Positions 61,588-64,000 of a stretch of DNA of 64,000 nt are shown here, one piece after another. Location: assembly GCA_002269645.1 (NCBI GenBank), contig NIVC01000504.1, positions 186,001 through 250,000 of the forward strand, read 5' to 3'. This DNA is from Macrostomum lignano (Eukaryota). The notes below the pieces were generated by a model. The model saw only the letters and a program-made list of their open reading frames with translations, had not been told where the DNA came from and made no database searches. Each line of letters starts with the position of its first letter. Within the stretch, counting starts at the first letter, position 1. Made by a program: the position numbers and the translations under genes.

Positions 61588-63070
61588 TGTTTTTACGACC
61601 CCGAGGGAACTGATAGGATCTCCCGGTCACGTGACTTTGGGTGGCAACAAGCTTAGCCAATCAGAAAATTCGACGCTCATTTTAACAAATCGGCTCAGCC
61701 AATCAGAATCGATGTGTTCCATTATAACAAACTGCGGTCCAGTTCGCGGCTATTTTAACCGGTGTTTTTGGCTCGCTCGAACTTCAACCGGTTCAACCCC
61801 TGCAAACCCTTTCTGGAGACCGGCCAGGAACTTGCTCTCTCTCTGGCCTGAGCGTCGTTTCTTGATCCCCGGATTGCGACTCCCCCCCTCATCATCAAGG
61901 ACGAATTCCCCCGTTCATCAGCAGTGAACATCAAAGTTAAGAGCATCACCTGCTAGCTATCTGCGAAGGTTGTGACATCAGCATCATCCCGGGTCTACAG
62001 CTGCGAAGCACTAATCCGATTCGGTCACTGTGGATTACCTGGTCTCCGGCTGTTGAGTTTCTGATTGGTTGGGTGAGAGGCTACCTAGACTTGCTTGATT
62101 GGGTGATTCCTTATCTGTCCCCTGTTTCAGTAGCTGGATTAGGCGCACACTTTTGCTCATTTTGTTCAGTAGTGCTGTTACTGAGGCAGAAATCATTCAA
62201 TAATACTGCTAGTAGTCTGAAGCTCCAATTTAATCTGAGGCGTGAAGTGGTTCAAGGAGAAGGTTAAATCTGACAGTTACTTTTATCGGCTTTATTTCTT
62301 TGTTCGCCGATGGCTCAGATGAGTGGCTAAGCTAGTAGGCGCCGGTCATAGTGGACCAATGGCAAGGCAGTTCTCAGTCGATCAATCTATCAAATCAGTT
62401 AGCAAAATTGCCAGTAGTGCAGAATCGGTGCCAGAGATGTACTCTGTGCACTCTAGGTTAGCCAAGCGGCTCAGGTAATGAATCATGCGGTCTCTGAGGT
62501 TCGAGTTAGTCTATCATCAGCGCTACGAGAGGCTGGTTGGCGCGTTGAAGGCCAAAAGTACAATTCCTCGTATTTAGCAATGTAATAGTACATGTAGCTA
62601 CCCCATAGACTCGCCACTGCAAGAATCCCCTGCACAAGTCCCCTCTGTACCTGCATGGCCAATGCGATCTAGTCCCAGCAGTGTCCCTTATCATCGGCTA
62701 TGACTTCGAGATTGACAGCAAAAAGACACTAGTTGGCAGGTAAGTGCAAAGCCCCTTCTAGTCGGAAGCCAGATTTCGAAAGTTCCGGTTTGGTGAGCCA
62801 GAACGCACAGGCTGGTGGCAGCGAGTTAGCTAATCTGCAGATTAACTAATTTCTACCTTAAAAATTCTCCCTGCTTGTCTCTCGCTGTCCCTCTCTTAGC
62901 TATAGGACCTAGACTGCTCGCCACACGATCAAGCTACCATGGGGCTGACCATCTGACAGGAGGGGGGGCCAGGACTCTAATTGATTTATTTCTGAGACTT
63001 GAGGCTCGAAGGCTTCCCCACAAGGGGGCTGAAAGGTCGAAACCCATCAGGAGCCCTTGATGCCAAAGCT
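61588..63070 (+). promoter_or_regulatory. LTR-like or promoter-like segment
   Basis: Starts TGTTTTTACGACCCC. GTCACGTGAC E-box at 61626-61635, two AGCCAATCAG boxes (CCAAT at 61657 and 61699), TATA-like ctattttaa near 61750. No TSD or matching second LTR found. Confidence 0.3.
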
Positions 63071-63615
63071 CACAGGGATGCTGATATCTTAGGCTAGATA
63101 TTTGGCTTATATTCTTGAGATGATTTTTTGTTTTGATATCATTAACTTTCTTAGGACACCATGCACTATAGTGACTTGTACAAGGGTCAAGAAGCTACAT
63201 GTACATGTAGTTTATTAAAAAAAATTATTTCATTCTTTGTTGCCGCAACAACGGAGGGAGCTGTTTTCTAGAATTGCAGCTCCCAAAGCAGCTTTTATAT
63301 AGGATTCTGCAAAGCTGGAATACATTCGCAGTCGGCAACACTTACTGTAACTCATCAGCTAAGGTACATTGTATATGCATATGTTATAAAAAGCAAAATC
63401 ATTTTAATTTATCCATGCATGCGTCCTTGGCAGTATGTACAATAAAATGTCAAGCTGGAGTAACATGTATGCTTGACAGCAAACAATTCTTGAAGTGTTT
63501 AAGTATTATTTAGCAAACTTTTACTGTCGGTCATATAAATTGATTGTTCGCATTTTCAGAGACTTTAAGCCGAATTGATCGGCATACATCGGCATTGTTG
63601 CGTATCCACTCTTCT

Positions 63616-63960
63616 TCAAGACGAATACGACTCTTCTTTTGGTAGTAAAAGCTGACCTTCATCGCTGGAAACAGCACTAACACGGCGCGTAGGTTCGACT
63701 TCACTATATTGGCTGTAGCTTTCTGCTCTCGCCTCTTCAAAGTCGACGTCATGTCCGTCGCTTTCATCGTCAACTACTCTATCAGCCGCCATGTAGTCGC
63801 AATCATCATCAACTTCTGACAAACGCTTTACTAGTTGGACGCAAAAACAGCGATAATAAAGCATAGCCAGCGCTAACTCGACAAACATCACCGCATAAAC
63901 GATACGAAGATCATTCGACTTTCCGTACACTTGCGGGATGATAGGTCGATCTCTAGGGAA
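63616..63960 (-). CDS. Probable terminal coding exon of an unidentified membrane-protein gene lying right of the window
   Basis: Acceptor ttattatgtcaaag| near 63961. Open frame with one hydrophobic helix (IVYAVMFVELALAMLYY) and an acidic tail ending at a stop at 63616. Confidence 0.5.
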   Translation of the reverse strand, partial: FPRDRPIIPQVYGKSNDLRIVYAVMFVELALAMLYYRCFCVQLVKRLSEVDDDCDYMAADRVVDDESDGHDVDFEEARAESYSQYSEVEPTRRVSAVSSDEGQLLLPKEESYSS

Positions 63961-64000
63961 CTTTGACATAATAAGTATTTTTAAACCAGTAATGAAGCCG

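Noticed and set aside
61900-63060. Hammerhead ribozyme or Penelope-type end (CTGATGA and GGTCGAAAC strings)
   Set aside because: I could not pair CUGAUGA with a GAAA after a valid stem II on either strand.
61588-63070. Confident solo-LTR call
   Set aside because: No CA end with a matching 4-6-bp TSD, no PBS or PPT pair and no gag-pol were found. It is kept only as a low-confidence feature.
1-64000. SL RNA, snRNA or rRNA gene
   Set aside because: I saw no recognisable leader plus Sm site or conserved rRNA/snRNA blocks by eye. An Infernal/Rfam scan would be needed to exclude them.

Overview
Eukaryotic (metazoan) genomic DNA. The minisatellite-packed introns, (ACAG)n tracts and CORE-SINEs resemble the flatworm Macrostomum; this organism call is an inference. 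Eight protein-coding genes or fragments lie head-to-tail, all on the minus strand. In transcription order they are: an unidentified terminal exon (63.6-64.0 kb), G6PD (5 exons), a C8orf34 homolog (5 exons), a FAM134/RETREG ER-phagy receptor homolog (3 exons), an SDR16C-type dehydrogenase (2 exons), a 7-exon ankyrin-repeat gene, RAB5IF/OPTI (1 exon) and the 5' part of a THUMPD3-like gene. Most have a 3' splice acceptor just upstream of the ATG, which suggests spliced-leader trans-splicing or operons. Nearly every intron and intergenic spacer carries its own tandem repeat. Mobile DNA includes an intron-containing hAT-like element with a 6-bp TSD, a foldback MULE-like element (9-bp TSD), a mariner interrupted by a 1063-bp modular hairpin element (8-bp TSD), a dead Crypton-type tyrosine recombinase, SINEs and Helitron-like pieces. 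The most unusual observations are a sharply bounded CpG-depleted, AGGCCTA-rich 3.9-kb block, and inverted minisatellite arrays enclosing the last RETREG coding exon. No CRISPR array, rRNA or true tRNA gene was found. All counts were made by hand and exon boundaries were inferred by eye.
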